From Myxococcota bacterium (GTDB lineage Bacteria > Myxococcota_A > UBA9160 > UBA6930), in NCBI GenBank assembly GCA_965223705.1, contig OZ245015.1, positions 768,001 to 832,000 of the forward strand: a stretch of 64,000 nucleotides of DNA, given 5' to 3'. The notes beneath the pieces were generated by a model that worked only from the letters and a program-made list of their open reading frames with translations, did not search any database and was not told where the DNA came from. The position numbers and the translations under genes are program-made. The first letter of the stretch is position 1. Each line of letters opens with the position of its first letter. Shown piece after piece: positions 8,979-20,900 of this stretch.

Positions 8979-11303
8979 TTGGCCGACGTCGCGGGAATCG
9001 TTTCCCGCTCGCACGACCTGGAAGAGACGCTCGGCAACGTCGTCGACCTTGTCGCGAAACGGATGGACGCCGACGTCTGCTCCGTCTACCTCTCCGATCT
9101 CGATCACCAGAAACTCGAACTCGCGGCGACGAAGGGGCTCGATCGGGAAGGTGTCGGCCACGTATCGCTCTCCATCGGCGAAGGTCTGGTCGGCCTCGCC
9201 GCCGAGCGGGCGACGCCGATCTACACCTCGAACGCGTCCGAGGACCCGAGGGCCCGGCTGTTCCCGCAGTTGGGCGAAGAGCGCTACCAGACACTTCTCG
9301 CGGCGCCGCTGCGCGTGGGTGACGCGGTGGTCGGTGTGCTGGTCGTGCAGACGCAAAATCCGCGCGACTTCTCCGACGCGGACATCGCCCTTCTCGACAC
9401 CTGCACCCAACTGATCACCCCGATGGTCATGAACGCCCAGGTGCTGGCCTTGACCGATCGCGACGGTGACGGTCGGGCCGCGTTCGCGAAGCGCCTCGCC
9501 GGGCAGGATCGGCCCCGTGACAACAACTACGAGCTCCGCGGGGCGCCCACGTCCCGCGGCATCGCGATCGGCCCGATCCATTTTCTCGAAGATCCCCTCG
9601 ATCTCGACCCGAACGACTACACGCCACGAGAAGATCCGGAAAGCGAGCTCGCCGACCTGATGGAGGCGGTCGCCGCGGCGCGCCGCGAACTCCACGGTGT
9701 TCGCGACGAGGCGGGCGATCGATTCGGTCCCGAGTTCGCCGCAGTCTTCAACACGCACATCCAAATCCTCGAGGACAAGGGCTTCATCTCGCGGCTGACG
9801 GACGGCGTCGCAGAAGAAGGCAACGGCATCACGGCGATTCGCCGCGTGCGCGAGCACTACGCCCGCATGTTCGAGCGGATGGAGGATCCCTACTTCCGGG
9901 AGCGCGGAGCCGACGTCGAGGACGTGGCGCGACGCATCACGGCAAAGCTCCTCGGCGTACGGCACGACAACCTGCCGTTGTCCGACGGCACCATCCTCGT
10001 GACGTCCAACCTGCTCCCCGCGCACTTCGCGCTTCTCGAAACCGAGAGAATCGCAGCGCTCGTTTCCGAGCACGGCGGCCCCAACAGTCATGGAGCGATC
10101 TTCGCGAGAGCGCTCGAAATCCCGACGGTCACTGGGGTTACAGGCGTGCTCGAAGCGATGCGCGCGGGCGAACTCGCCATCGTCGACGGCGGGGCGGGGA
10201 CCGTGCACTTGTCACCGGACGAGGCGCTGCAGCTCGAATTTCAGCGCGCTCGCGAACGCTACGCCGTCGCCGTGGAGCATCTCGATGCGTTGCGCGATCG
10301 GCCCGCAGAAACGCGAGATGGGCGCCGCATTCTCCTCACGGCCAACGCCGGACTCCTCGCCGACTTGCGCCACTGCGAGCAGCACGGCGCCCAGGGAATC
10401 GGCTTGTTCCGCACCGAGCTCTTGGCACTCGCGCAGCGCGGGTTCCCTCCGGAGAGCGAGCAAGAAAAGCTGTACGAGCGGGTCGCCGCCGCTCTCGCTC
10501 CGAACCCCGTTACGATCCGGACACTCGATCTCGGCGGCGACAAGGCCCTGGCTGAAGAGAATGAGGAGGAGAATCCGCAGCTCGGGCTGCGATCGATTCG
10601 GCTTTCCCTCTCGAACGAAAAGAGCTTTCGCGGTCAGCTGCGCGCCATTCTGCGAGCCAGCCGGCGCCGCAACCTCCGGCTGCTGCTGCCGATGATCTCA
10701 AGCCTCGAGGAGCTCTTGCGCGCGCGGCACCTCCTCGAGGAAACCATGGGCGAGCTTTCACGGCGGGGCGAGGATTTCGACTCGGCGATTCCCGTCGGCG
10801 TGATGATCGAAGTTCCGGCGGCGGCGTTGATTGCGCCGGCCCTCGCGACGCACTGTGATTTCTTCAGCATCGGAACGAACGACCTGACCCAGTACACCCT
10901 GGCGGTCGACCGCGGCAATGAGCGCGTTGCGCATCTATACGACCCGCTTCACCCGAGCGTGTTGCAGCTCATCGCCCGCACCGTCGAAGCGGCGGGGGAG
11001 CGCGATCTGGCGGTGTCCGTGTGCGGCGAAATGGCGACCAACCCGTTGGCGATTCCGATCCTCATCGGCCTCGGGATCGGCGAGCTGTCGGGGACGCCAA
11101 GCGCTGTCCCGGTCGTGAAAGAGATCGTCCGCGCTCTCGACAGCGAGGAAGTCGCGGAAGATGCGCGGCGCGCCACGGGGCTCGGAACGGCCGCGAACGT
11201 CCATCGGCTCGCCGCCGAGCGACTGCGCAAAGTCGGACTCCTCGAGCATCCGGACATCGGCACGTGGCTCGAGCGCGTCGTCACTTCGGTCGAAGCGGAC
11301 TAG
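8979..11303 (+). CDS. ptsP: GAF-containing phosphoenolpyruvate-protein phosphotransferase (enzyme I-Ntr type)
   Basis: N-terminal GAF region, GGPNSHGAI phospho-His motif, GIGLFRTE, SIGTNDLTQY and CGEMA. Confidence 0.93.
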   Translation: MADVAGIVSRSHDLEETLGNVVDLVAKRMDADVCSVYLSDLDHQKLELAATKGLDREGVGHVSLSIGEGLVGLAAERATPIYTSNASEDPRARLFPQLGEERYQTLLAAPLRVGDAVVGVLVVQTQNPRDFSDADIALLDTCTQLITPMVMNAQVLALTDRDGDGRAAFAKRLAGQDRPRDNNYELRGAPTSRGIAIGPIHFLEDPLDLDPNDYTPREDPESELADLMEAVAAARRELHGVRDEAGDRFGPEFAAVFNTHIQILEDKGFISRLTDGVAEEGNGITAIRRVREHYARMFERMEDPYFRERGADVEDVARRITAKLLGVRHDNLPLSDGTILVTSNLLPAHFALLETERIAALVSEHGGPNSHGAIFARALEIPTVTGVTGVLEAMRAGELAIVDGGAGTVHLSPDEALQLEFQRARERYAVAVEHLDALRDRPAETRDGRRILLTANAGLLADLRHCEQHGAQGIGLFRTELLALAQRGFPPESEQEKLYERVAAALAPNPVTIRTLDLGGDKALAEENEEENPQLGLRSIRLSLSNEKSFRGQLRAILRASRRRNLRLLLPMISSLEELLRARHLLEETMGELSRRGEDFDSAIPVGVMIEVPAAALIAPALATHCDFFSIGTNDLTQYTLAVDRGNERVAHLYDPLHPSVLQLIARTVEAAGERDLAVSVCGEMATNPLAIPILIGLGIGELSGTPSAVPVVKEIVRALDSEEVAEDARRATGLGTAANVHRLAAERLRKVGLLEHPDIGTWLERVVTSVEAD

Positions 11304-11310
11304 GCGCGGG

Positions 11311-11997
11311 CTAGACGTCGATCAACAGGCCTGAATGATCGCTCCCGGCAATCGGAACGACGCGAACGCGTTGTGCCTCCATGCGTCGGGTCAAGGCGTG
11401 ATCGATCCGGAGAAGCCTCGGAGCGCTCGCCGTCGGTCCCCACGTGCGTTGGATCGCTTCGCCGCCGCGACCCGCTGCGTCGTTGAATTCCCGCAGCAGA
11501 CGGCGATAGGCGGGCCAGACTGGCGTGGAATTGAGATCCCCGACCAGCATCTGGGGCCCGGGGTTACCGCCGACCCAGCGAAGAATACCAGCGACTTGTT
11601 CTCGACGTCCGGGAAGCGTCCGCCACGGCGGCCAGCAATGCGGCGCGAGGAGGTGGAGGTTGATCAGCTCGAAATCGCTGCGAACGCCGAACACCTCCCG
11701 TTCGACGCGGGCCACGCGCGCGTCCCGGCAGGACAGGGAGATGCGATTGACCTCGATCGGACGGTTCGCCGCGATCCCCATACCGCGGTAGTCCGTCGCC
11801 GGGTCGAGCTTTCCGTGGGAATACCTTTCCGACAGGGCACGTGCCTGATTGGGCCCGAGCTCCTGGAACGCCACGAGGTCGACCTTCCAATCGTCGAGCC
11901 TGGCCATCAGTTCGCCCGGCTCCGCGGCATCGTTCCACAAGTTGGCCGACAGGATCCGCAAGCTCGTCGTTACTCCCCGATGCCGAGTTCCCGGCAC
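11311..11997 (-). CDS. Endonuclease/exonuclease/phosphatase family protein
   Basis: LSANL, FQE, GDLNS, IDH and SDH motifs. Confidence 0.8.
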   Translation of the reverse strand: MPGTRHRGVTTSLRILSANLWNDAAEPGELMARLDDWKVDLVAFQELGPNQARALSERYSHGKLDPATDYRGMGIAANRPIEVNRISLSCRDARVARVEREVFGVRSDFELINLHLLAPHCWPPWRTLPGRREQVAGILRWVGGNPGPQMLVGDLNSTPVWPAYRRLLREFNDAAGRGGEAIQRTWGPTASAPRLLRIDHALTRRMEAQRVRVVPIAGSDHSGLLIDV

Positions 11998-12614
11998 AGA
12001 TCTCGCTCGAGTGCCGCGATGCGCGCCTCGAGCTCGTTCAGCGCCGAAGCGTCCGCAGCGTCGGAAGATTCATTCGGCACGGCGACTGGATCACCCAAGG
12101 CAAACCGGACCCGCGCGAAAGGCAGCGGCAGCTGCGTGCCATCCCAACTCCCGAAGCGGTGGGTCGGTTTGGCAACGATCGCGCATGGGATGAGCGGGGC
12201 GCGGCTAGACCGGGCGAGGTGAAGCACGCCGGGCTTGGCCTGGCGCGGAGGCCCTTTGGGGCCGTCGAGCAACACGGCTACGCGCGCGCCGTCGCGCAGC
12301 GCACGCACGCCCGCTTTCAAGGCGGCCGCCCCGCCGCGACTGCTCGAGCCCCGCAGGGACTCTCCGAAGCCAAGCGGCTGAAGCACCGCATCGATCAAGT
12401 CGCCGTCTCGCGATCGGCTGACCACGATCGAAACCCCGCGGTCCCGAAAGAGGTAGGCCGCCGACAGAAGGCCCGCGTGCCAGAGCCCTCCGACCATGGG
12501 GGGATCTGGCACCCGTGGTCCCTCGACGCGCCAGGTCGCTCCCAGCAAGCGAACGAGGGTCGCCGCGATGCGACCGAGGACACGGAGCCCGAGTGGGCTG
12601 AGGCGTCGCTTCAC
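11970..12614 (-). CDS. DUF374 / lysophospholipid acyltransferase family protein
   Basis: WH, SRSRDG, RGSSSRGG, DGPKGP and SWD...PLPF motifs. Confidence 0.85.
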   Translation of the reverse strand: MKRRLSPLGLRVLGRIAATLVRLLGATWRVEGPRVPDPPMVGGLWHAGLLSAAYLFRDRGVSIVVSRSRDGDLIDAVLQPLGFGESLRGSSSRGGAAALKAGVRALRDGARVAVLLDGPKGPPRQAKPGVLHLARSSRAPLIPCAIVAKPTHRFGSWDGTQLPLPFARVRFALGDPVAVPNESSDAADASALNELEARIAALERDLCRELGIGE

Positions 12615-12779
12615 CGCGGGCTCGGCTTGCAGAGCCGTCGCGTCACGGGCGGCACCTCGGGCACGGCCTTCGTTTCATCACCGCACATTAGCTCGCGCGT
12701 CGGCGGGCTGGGGTCGCCCCGGTCGACGGCCGCGGTACCCTGTGGTAGCCAGTGCGCCGCGCGCAGGCGCCGAGTACGC

Positions 12780-13667
12780 ATGAACAACGCCGAACCGATG
12801 GGTCTCTGGAATACCACGCTGGCATTCGTCGCCTTGACGAAGCCGCGCGTGCTGACCCTCGTCATTTTTTCGGGGCTTCCGGCGCTCGTGTTGGCTGCCG
12901 GTGGGTGGCCGGCTCCCTCGTTCGTCTTTCTCGTCCTGGCCGGCATCGCGATCGCGGCCGGCGCCGCCAATACGCTGAACTGCTATGTCGAGCGCGACCT
13001 CGACGCGCTGATGGAGCGGACCGCGACGCGGCCGTTGCCGAGTTCCGCACTCAGGCCCGAGGCGGCGCTCGCGTTCGGACTGACCTTGTCGGTGGTCTCC
13101 ACCGCGCTCTTGTACGTCGTCGGAGGCGCGCTGGCCGCGCTTCTCGGCGTCGCGAGCATTCTCTTCTACGTGTTCGTCTACACCGTTTGGCTGAAGCCCC
13201 GATCGACGTGGAACGCCGTGGTCGGCGGCGCTGCCGGAGCCGCAGCGCCGCTCATCGCAGACGCTGCAGTCACCGGGAGCGTCGGCTTACCCGGAATCAT
13301 CCTGTTCGCGATCATCTTCTTCTGGCAGCCGCCCCACGTATGGGCGATCGCCCTGTATCGCAAAGACGATTATCGGGCCGCCGGAATTCCGATGCTGCCG
13401 AACGTCATCGGCGATCAACCGACGCGCTGGCGCATGCTCTGGTACACCGTCGGGCTTCTCCCGGTCACGATGGCGCCCGTGCCGCTCGGCATGCTCGGTT
13501 GGGTTTACGGAGCTCCCGCCTTCCTACTCGGAATCTGGTTCACCTGGCACGCGGTTCGGGTCTTGCGGGAACAGGACGACGCCGCCGCGCGACGCATGTT
13601 CCGCGTGTCTCTGCTCTACCTGTTCGCGCTCTTCATCGCGATGCTCCTCGATCTAGCCCTCGCGTAG
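12780..13667 (+). CDS. cyoE: Protoheme IX farnesyltransferase (heme o synthase)
   Basis: LTKPR, ERDLDALMERTATRPLP, YTVWLK and WQPPH; multiple TM helices. Confidence 0.93.
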   Translation: MNNAEPMGLWNTTLAFVALTKPRVLTLVIFSGLPALVLAAGGWPAPSFVFLVLAGIAIAAGAANTLNCYVERDLDALMERTATRPLPSSALRPEAALAFGLTLSVVSTALLYVVGGALAALLGVASILFYVFVYTVWLKPRSTWNAVVGGAAGAAAPLIADAAVTGSVGLPGIILFAIIFFWQPPHVWAIALYRKDDYRAAGIPMLPNVIGDQPTRWRMLWYTVGLLPVTMAPVPLGMLGWVYGAPAFLLGIWFTWHAVRVLREQDDAAARRMFRVSLLYLFALFIAMLLDLALA

Positions 13668-14399
13668 GTGCGCGGTTCGACGACCCGCTTTCGGGCCCCC
13701 GGGCTCGGACTGACGCTGCTCCTCGCAGTGGCGACCTTGGTGTGCGCCAGCCTGGGCGCTTGGCAGGTCAAGCGACACGCTTGGAAGACTGCGCTCATCG
13801 CCTCCCGGAACGCGCGCGTCGACATGCCTCCTGTCGAGGCTAAAGAACTCACAGGCGAAGCCGTCGCGTATCGTCGCCTGCAGCTCGCCGGTCGCTACGA
13901 CGCCGCTCGGAGCTTTATCGTGCACCGCGAGCCGAACGAGCTGCGCGCCGGCGTGCGTTTGTTTTCGCCGCTGGTCCTCCCCGCCCCCGTGTCGGGTTTC
14001 GAAGCGGTTCTGGTCGATCGCGGCTGGCTTCCCCATGATGAGCTCGAGGCCGTGCTCGAGGCGACGGCCGCGGAACCTTCCGCCTCCGGCACGGCCCTCA
14101 TCACTCCCATGTCATTGACCGACGCCGAGCCCGGCACGGAACCCGTGCGCGACGAATGGCTCTATTTCGATCCGCGACATCACGGGGTGCACGCCCAGCG
14201 GAGCTTGCCCTACGCCTTGGCTCCTTTTCTGTTGCTGCGCGACGCGGAAGGCGACGCGTATCCCCGAGGCGGCTACGAGCGGCCGAAGAGCTACGTCGAC
14301 CACCGCGCTTACGCGGTGACGTGGTTTGCGATGTCGCTCGCGGCGGCGGGCCTTTGGGTCGGGCTCGGTTTCGAGCGCGGCCGCCGTGTCGCCTCGTAG
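13668..14399 (+). CDS. SURF1 family cytochrome oxidase biogenesis protein
   Basis: LGAWQ..R..WK, LVDRGW and H..YAVTWF motifs; directly follows cyoE. Confidence 0.88.
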   Translation: MRGSTTRFRAPGLGLTLLLAVATLVCASLGAWQVKRHAWKTALIASRNARVDMPPVEAKELTGEAVAYRRLQLAGRYDAARSFIVHREPNELRAGVRLFSPLVLPAPVSGFEAVLVDRGWLPHDELEAVLEATAAEPSASGTALITPMSLTDAEPGTEPVRDEWLYFDPRHHGVHAQRSLPYALAPFLLLRDAEGDAYPRGGYERPKSYVDHRAYAVTWFAMSLAAAGLWVGLGFERGRRVAS

Positions 14400-14405
14400 C
14401 GTCGC

Positions 14406-17039
14406 TCAAGCGACGACGTTGACGAGACGCCCCCTCACAACGATCACTTTCTTCGGCTGTTTGCCGTCCAAGTGCCGGGCGACGCCGGGCGCTTCGAGCG
14501 CCGCTTCGCGAATCTCGTCTTCCGAAGCATCGGCTGACACTTCGATCTCGTCGCGGCGCTTGCCGTTGACTTGAACGGCGAGGCGCAGGGTTTCCGCGAC
14601 GAGGAGCCGCTCGTCCGCTTCCGGCCACGCGGCGCGGGCCACGGACGGAGCGTGGCCCAAGGATTCCCACAGCGTTTCCGCGAGATGGGGGGCGAACGGC
14701 GACAACATCTTCGCGAAGGCTTCCGCGCCTTTCCGCGGAACGGGCGCGCCACGTGAGATATCGCGCGTCCAGACCATGAGCTTCGAAATCGCCGTGTTCA
14801 TCTGCAGTTGCTCGAGATCGGCCGTGACGCCCGCGATGGTCTGCGCCGTCAAACGCGCCTGCGCCTCGGAGCCGTCGCCGTCCGCGATCTCAGCGGGGGT
14901 TTCGTCGTCTTCGACGATCAGCCGATACGCGCGCTGCAAGAACCGGTAGCAGCCCGGAATGCCGTCGGTGGACCAAGGCGCGCCTTTCTCGAGAGGCCCC
15001 ATGAAGAGCTCGTAGAGCCGCATCGAATCCGCGCCAAAGGCCTCGATGACATCGTCGGGAGACACGACGTTCCCCCGGCTCTTCGACATCTTCTCCGTCA
15101 CCAACTCAAGCTCGAGATCCGGGAGGTCCGGGTGCACCGGTCGCCCGTCGTTGTCGTCGATTTGCGCCGGGTGAAGGAAGCGCGCCTTGAGCTCCCGGCC
15201 GGTCTCCTGATGGAGCGCCTGCTCCCCTTCGATCCGGACCGCTGTCGACGGATAGGTGGCGACCGGCACGTCTTCTGCGTCGGACAGATTGTCGTCGTAG
15301 TAGCGGTAGCTCCGACCGAGGATCATTCCAGGGTTGAGCAGCTTCTGAAACGGCTCCTTCGTGTGAACCACACCGAGGTCGTAGAGCACTTTGTGCCAGA
15401 ACCGCGAATAGAGCAGGTGGAGCACCGCGTGCTCGGCACCACCGACGTAGAGGTCGACCGGCATCCAGTAGCGCTCGGCTTGTTCCGAGACCAACGCTTC
15501 GTCGTTGTGGGGGTCGCAGTAGCGGAGGAAGTACCAACAACTGCCCGCCCATTGGGGCATGGTGTTCGCGTCCCGGCGGGCTGGTGCGCCAGTCTCCGGG
15601 TCGCGGGTTGCGACCCATTCGGTGGCTCTTGAAAGCGGTGTCTCGAATTCACCGCTCGGCCGGTAGTCGTCGAGTTCGGGAAGAAGCACCGGAAGATCGT
15701 CTTCGGGAACGAGTTTGACGGTTCCGTCTTCCAGATGGAGCAACGGGAAGGGCTCGCCCCAGTAACGCTGCCGCGCGAAGAGCCAATCGCGGAGCTTGTA
15801 GCTCACCGTGCCTTCGCCGCACTGTCGTTCCTCGAGCCACGCCGTCATCTTTCGCTTGGCTTCCGCGGTCGGGAGACCGTCCAGAAAATCCGAGTTCACA
15901 GCGTGGCCTTCGCCGGTGAAAGCCTCTTCGGCAATGTCGCCGCCGGCCACGACTTCGATGATCGGAAGGTCGTAGGTTTTCGCGAATGCGTAGTCGCGCT
16001 CGTCGTGGGCCGGGACCGCCATGATGGCGCCGGTGCCGTAGGTCGAGAGCACGTAGTCGGCGATCCAGATCGGGACCGGCTCCTCGGTGACGGGGTGGAT
16101 CGCGAACGCGCCGGTGAAGGCCCCGGTCTTCTCGGCGGCTTCCGAAACGCGAGAGCGTTCGCTCTTCCGGGCCGCGGCTTCTGCATACGCCGCCACCGAA
16201 GCGCTTTCGGCATCGGTGGCGATTTTTTCGACCATCGGGTGGTCCGGTGCGAGGACCATGTAGGTCGCTCCGAAGAGCGTATCGGGCCGCGTCGTGAAGA
16301 CGTCGATCGTCAGGTCTGCGTGACCGGCGACAGCGAAAGCGATGCGGGCGCCCTCGGAGCGACCGATCCACTCCTCCTGCATCTTCTTGATGTTGTCCGG
16401 CCAGTCGAGACCGTCGAGATCTTCGAGGAGGCGATCCGCGTAGGCGGTGATGCGCAACATCCACTGCCGCATCGGCATGCGGATCACCGGATGACCACCG
16501 CGCTCGCTCTTCCCGTCGATCACTTCTTCGTTCGCGAGTACGGTTCCGAGCGCCGGACACCAGTTCACGGGCACTTCCGCTTCGTAAGCGAGGCCCCTTT
16601 CGAAGAGTTTTTGGAAGATCCACTGGGTCCAACGGACATAGCCGGGATCCGTGGTGTCGATTTCGCGCGACCAGTCGTAGGAAAGCCCCAGTGCTTCGAG
16701 CTGCCGCCGATAGGTCGCGATGTTCTCCCGCGTCGTGTCGCGGGGGTGGGTCCCGGTCTCGATGGCGTGTTGCTCGGCCGGAAGGCCGAAGGCGTCCCAG
16801 CCCATCGGATGAAGCACGTTGACGCCGCGCATGCGCTTATAGCGCGAAAGGGCGTCCGTGCTGATGTAGCCCTTGGGGTGACCGACATGCAGGCCCGTAC
16901 CGGAGGGGTAGGGGAACATGTCGAGGATGTAGAGTTTCTCGCGGTCGTGATCGATTTCGACGCGGAAGGTTTCGTTCTCGCGCCAATAGCGTTGCCAGCG
17001 GGCCTCCAGAGCCTTGGCCATCGAAGCGTCGTAAGACAT
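14406..17039 (-). CDS. leuS: Leucine--tRNA ligase
   Basis: [26 protein letters not shown] and C-terminal VQVNGK. Confidence 0.97.
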   Translation of the reverse strand: MSYDASMAKALEARWQRYWRENETFRVEIDHDREKLYILDMFPYPSGTGLHVGHPKGYISTDALSRYKRMRGVNVLHPMGWDAFGLPAEQHAIETGTHPRDTTRENIATYRRQLEALGLSYDWSREIDTTDPGYVRWTQWIFQKLFERGLAYEAEVPVNWCPALGTVLANEEVIDGKSERGGHPVIRMPMRQWMLRITAYADRLLEDLDGLDWPDNIKKMQEEWIGRSEGARIAFAVAGHADLTIDVFTTRPDTLFGATYMVLAPDHPMVEKIATDAESASVAAYAEAAARKSERSRVSEAAEKTGAFTGAFAIHPVTEEPVPIWIADYVLSTYGTGAIMAVPAHDERDYAFAKTYDLPIIEVVAGGDIAEEAFTGEGHAVNSDFLDGLPTAEAKRKMTAWLEERQCGEGTVSYKLRDWLFARQRYWGEPFPLLHLEDGTVKLVPEDDLPVLLPELDDYRPSGEFETPLSRATEWVATRDPETGAPARRDANTMPQWAGSCWYFLRYCDPHNDEALVSEQAERYWMPVDLYVGGAEHAVLHLLYSRFWHKVLYDLGVVHTKEPFQKLLNPGMILGRSYRYYDDNLSDAEDVPVATYPSTAVRIEGEQALHQETGRELKARFLHPAQIDDNDGRPVHPDLPDLELELVTEKMSKSRGNVVSPDDVIEAFGADSMRLYELFMGPLEKGAPWSTDGIPGCYRFLQRAYRLIVEDDETPAEIADGDGSEAQARLTAQTIAGVTADLEQLQMNTAISKLMVWTRDISRGAPVPRKGAEAFAKMLSPFAPHLAETLWESLGHAPSVARAAWPEADERLLVAETLRLAVQVNGKRRDEIEVSADASEDEIREAALEAPGVARHLDGKQPKKVIVVRGRLVNVVA

Positions 17040-17100
17040 CGCGGGGAACTTGCCAGAATTAAGATCGGGACGCCGCCGCTGTCTCGCCTACCCTTGGGGA

Positions 17101-17925
17101 GTGGGGCGATCTTCGACTTCCGGGCTCGAGATCTTCATCGTTTCGGACGGAACGGGCGAGACCGCAGAATCCGCGACGCGGGCGGCGCTGACGCAGTTCT
17201 CGTCGCCCTGGGAGCTGCGGAGTTTCGGTCAAATTCGGTCCGAGGCGCAGATCGACGCGGTGTTGACCGAGGCGGCGGAGCGCGGTGCCGTCGTTGTCTT
17301 CACCATCGTCCGAGAGGCGTTGGCGTCCCTCGTCGTCGAACGCTGCGAAGCCCTGCAGGTCCGCTGTGTCGACGTGCTGGGCCCCGTCCTTGGCACTCTC
17401 GCCGCCGCGCTCGGAACAGAGCCTCTTCACCGTCCAGGACTCGCGCACGGGGTGACGCCGGATTACTTCCGCCGCATCGAAGCCGTGGAGTTCTCGGTCA
17501 GCCACGACGATGGCGCGAACTTGGCGACGCTCCACCAGGCCGATCTCGTGCTGACCGGCGTGTCTCGGAGTTCGAAGACGCCTCTTTCGATGTACTTGGC
17601 TCACCGCGGCTACAAAGCGGCCAACGTGCCGTGGGTGGCTTCCGTCGAGCCTCCGGAAGCGCTTCTCGAGCTACCCGTCGATCGCGTGTTCGGGTTGACC
17701 GTCGACCCGGACACGCTTACGGAAGTTCGTCGCGCACGGGTGCGGGCGCTCGGCAGCTCGCCGTGGGCGCACTATTCCGATCCGGAAGCCGTCCGCGAAG
17801 AATTGAAAGAGGCACGCCGTTTTTTTCGCGAGCAGGGCTTTCGGGTCATCGATATCACCGGAAGGGCCGTCGAGGAGAACGCGGCACGGGTCATCCAAAA
17901 GATGCAACGCCGGGCGTCGGGGTAG
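17101..17925 (+). CDS. ppsR: Pyruvate,water dikinase regulatory kinase/pyrophosphorylase (PSRP/DUF299)
   Basis: VSDGTGETA, HDDG, GVSRSSKTP and AVEE motifs; start uncertain. Confidence 0.9.
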   Translation: MGRSSTSGLEIFIVSDGTGETAESATRAALTQFSSPWELRSFGQIRSEAQIDAVLTEAAERGAVVVFTIVREALASLVVERCEALQVRCVDVLGPVLGTLAAALGTEPLHRPGLAHGVTPDYFRRIEAVEFSVSHDDGANLATLHQADLVLTGVSRSSKTPLSMYLAHRGYKAANVPWVASVEPPEALLELPVDRVFGLTVDPDTLTEVRRARVRALGSSPWAHYSDPEAVREELKEARRFFREQGFRVIDITGRAVEENAARVIQKMQRRASG

Positions 17926-17928
17926 GGC

Positions 17929-20900
17929 TCAGCCCTCGGAGCGAGCCTCGGCCTCCGCTTCTTCGAGGAGTGCCCGGGCAAAGCGCGGTTTCACGATCGC
18001 GTAGAACGCCGGGACGATCGTCAGGGCTCCCAGCATGTTGATCACCATGAGGATCACCAGGAGCTGCGCCATTTCGGCTTGGAAGCGCAGATCGGAGAGC
18101 ATCCAGAGGGCGATCCCGCCGACGATGGTGGTGGCCGTAAAGCTCACCGCCATGCCCGTCGTCCGCACCGCCCGGCGAACCGCCTCGGCCATGTCGCCGC
18201 GGGTATGGACGACCTCTTGCCGAATGCGGTCGACGATGTAGATGGCGTAATCGACGCCGATGCCCACCCCGACGGACTGCACGGGCAGCGTGTTGATGTT
18301 GAGCCCCACGTCGCGCCACGCCATGTAGGCCAGCGAGAGCATCGTCGCTGTGGCCAGCTGGATGACGATGATGGTACCGCTCCAGAGCGAGCGATAGACC
18401 AGCGTCTGCAGGACATAGACGACCAGCAAGATCAGCGAGATGTTCGCGATGTGACCGCGCTCGACTTCGTCGTTGACGGCGGCGAGGATTCCCATGACAC
18501 CGCCCGCCAACACAAACTGTACGCCGCGCGTCCACGAGTTTGTGGGCTGGTACTTGGGGGTCTGATCGACGGCCTTCAGATCCTGGACGATGAGGTCGCG
18601 CGTGTGAATGGCCAGTGCGCGTATGCCGAGCTCGTCGTCTTCCCAGTAGGCGTCGACGTCGGAGAGCTCCCAATCGCCGAGCCGACTCGGCCACCAGAGG
18701 ATCTCTCCTTCCGCGACGCGGCTGCGCTCTTCGGCGTAGTCGGCGATGGCTGCCTCTCGGAACGCTCCGGCCCACTCGGGGAGCTCGCTCGCGTCCGCGA
18801 CTTCTGTACCCAGTCGTGCAGTAAAGGCGCCGTCATCGGTGCGCAACGTCGCACGCAACGTGTGGTGCCGTTCCGGAAGCATGGGACCGATCATGTAGTA
18901 GAGCTTGTCGAGCAGGCTCTCTCGCGAGAAGAACGGCGCGCCATCTTCGGCGCGGTCACGGTCCAGGCGTAAGTTTACGGCGCCGATCGGGTGCTCGACG
19001 ATGAATCGCCGTGCCGCTTCGACGGCGCGACGGATCGTGTCGCCCCGATGGTCGGGGAAGAAGAACTGAATGTTCGCTTCCCGACTATCGTCGGTCATGA
19101 ACGGCCGAAGAAAACCCGGTGGGCCGTTCGTCTTGAGCTGGAACAAGACGTTACGAACGGTTCCGGGTTCGTCGGGGACGAACTGCCATTTCGGATCCCC
19201 GTAGTGATTCTGTTGCCAATAGGCCCGGATGATCGGAACGATCGAAACCGTCGCGCCGACGTCCGTGTAGCGACGCATCCAGCGCTCGAACTCCTCGAGC
19301 CGTTTGATCGGTTCGGGATCGGCATTCGCGTTGTCGCGGTCGCCATCGGCGTACACCACGAACGAATCGACACCGCCGAAGCGCTCCGCAATTTCGGCGG
19401 TGGCGACGTTGAATTCATGATCGGGCCACAGTAGGAACGACCCCGGATTCGCTTCGCCAATGGTTGAATGCTCGAGGACAATGACGGTCGACACGGCGAG
19501 GACCAGCAGTGCGGTGCCCGCGACGACCCACTTTCCGACCGCGTGGGTTACGAAGTTTCCGAGCCCCGTGAGACCGCGAACCATGAAACCCGGCAAGTAG
19601 TGCTTCGAGTCGTGGGGCGCGGGCAAGTAGCAGATCATCACGGGATGCAGGATCTCGACGGTAAAAAGGATCGATACGACCCAGAACGCACCGAACACGG
19701 CGAGGTCACGCATCTGCGGGATCGTGGTGATGAGAATGACTAGGAGCCCGAGGAAGTCCGTGATGATGCCCAACGTGCCGGGAACGATGAGCTCCGCCAT
19801 CGCTTGTGTCGCGGCCTCGTTCTTGGCGCCGTCGATATCGTCGCCGTACTCCGGTGCCAGGCGTTCGTAGTCTTCAAAGAAACGCTCCGCCATTTGCACG
19901 GTGTGGGAGACCGCGCGCGCCGTGATGATCATCGGGATGACCAAGACGAGCGGATCAAACGTGATGCCGACCCAGCCCGTAAACCCCAAGCCCCAGAGTG
20001 CCGTCGCGAGGGCCGCGATGAACGGAATCAACACGCCGTGTAGACGGCGGAAGTAGATCAAGAGGAGGAGGAAGGTCACCAGGATCGTCAGTGCGACGAA
20101 GAGCCCGATCTGGAAAGCGTGCTCGATGATCCAGCCCTGGTGCGTCGGTTCACCTGAGACATAGACCGCGACTTTGTCGTCTTCTTCCTCCGCCTTGATG
20201 CGTTGTACGTGCTCGAAGACGGCCTGGTAGATCTCGCGGCTGTTCAGCCGGTCGGAGACGAAATCCGCCGAAATAAACGCACCTTGCTCATCGAGCGAGA
20301 CGAGTCGTCCGTAGATGAGCGGGGGGTTTTGAAGCACCAGGTCCCGAATGCGATCCGCTTCTTCCTGGGTCTCCGGCACCGTCTTCATCAAGACGTCGGA
20401 CGTGATCGCGCCGTCGGCCTCGATCGTGACGACGCGCGTGCTCCGCGCAGCGAGTGAGTTCACCCGGTCGTGGTTGACGGGGTAGGGGGGATACCTGCGG
20501 TCGAGCTCTCGACCGATTTCCGCGGAGGAGAGCCCATCGGCCTCGAGTTTGGCACGGAGCGCTTCCCGCTCCTCGGTGTGACTGTCGTACCCCACGCCAT
20601 CGAGGCGATCGGTGATCGTTCGGATCTTGCCGAGAATGTGCGGCGTAAAAATCGTGCCTTCCCGGGCGACGACGGCGATGGCGACGAGGGAGGAGCCTCC
20701 GAAGTGTCGAGAGAATTCATCTTGCGCGTGGATAAAGGGATGGTCGGGCCACAGCGAGCGCGCGCTGGCATCGACCCGGACCACCGGGCCCGGTAGTGGC
20801 GTTCCGAACGCGGTCGAGACGGCATTCACCGTGGGGTACAAGAAGAACAGGGTCGCGCTGAGCAGGGCGAGCGCGATCCACCCCCTGTTTCCGACGACGA

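Noticed and set aside
15090..15330. Extra segment before KMSKS in LeuS
   Set aside because: Corresponds to the normally variable leucine-specific domain
15735..18041. 768-aa plus-strand ORF
   Set aside because: Antisense and off-frame shadow of leuS and ppsR; long spurious ORFs are expected at this GC content
18530..18985. Intein in the MMPL protein
   Set aside because: No N-terminal Cys/Ser block or C-terminal His-Asn motif
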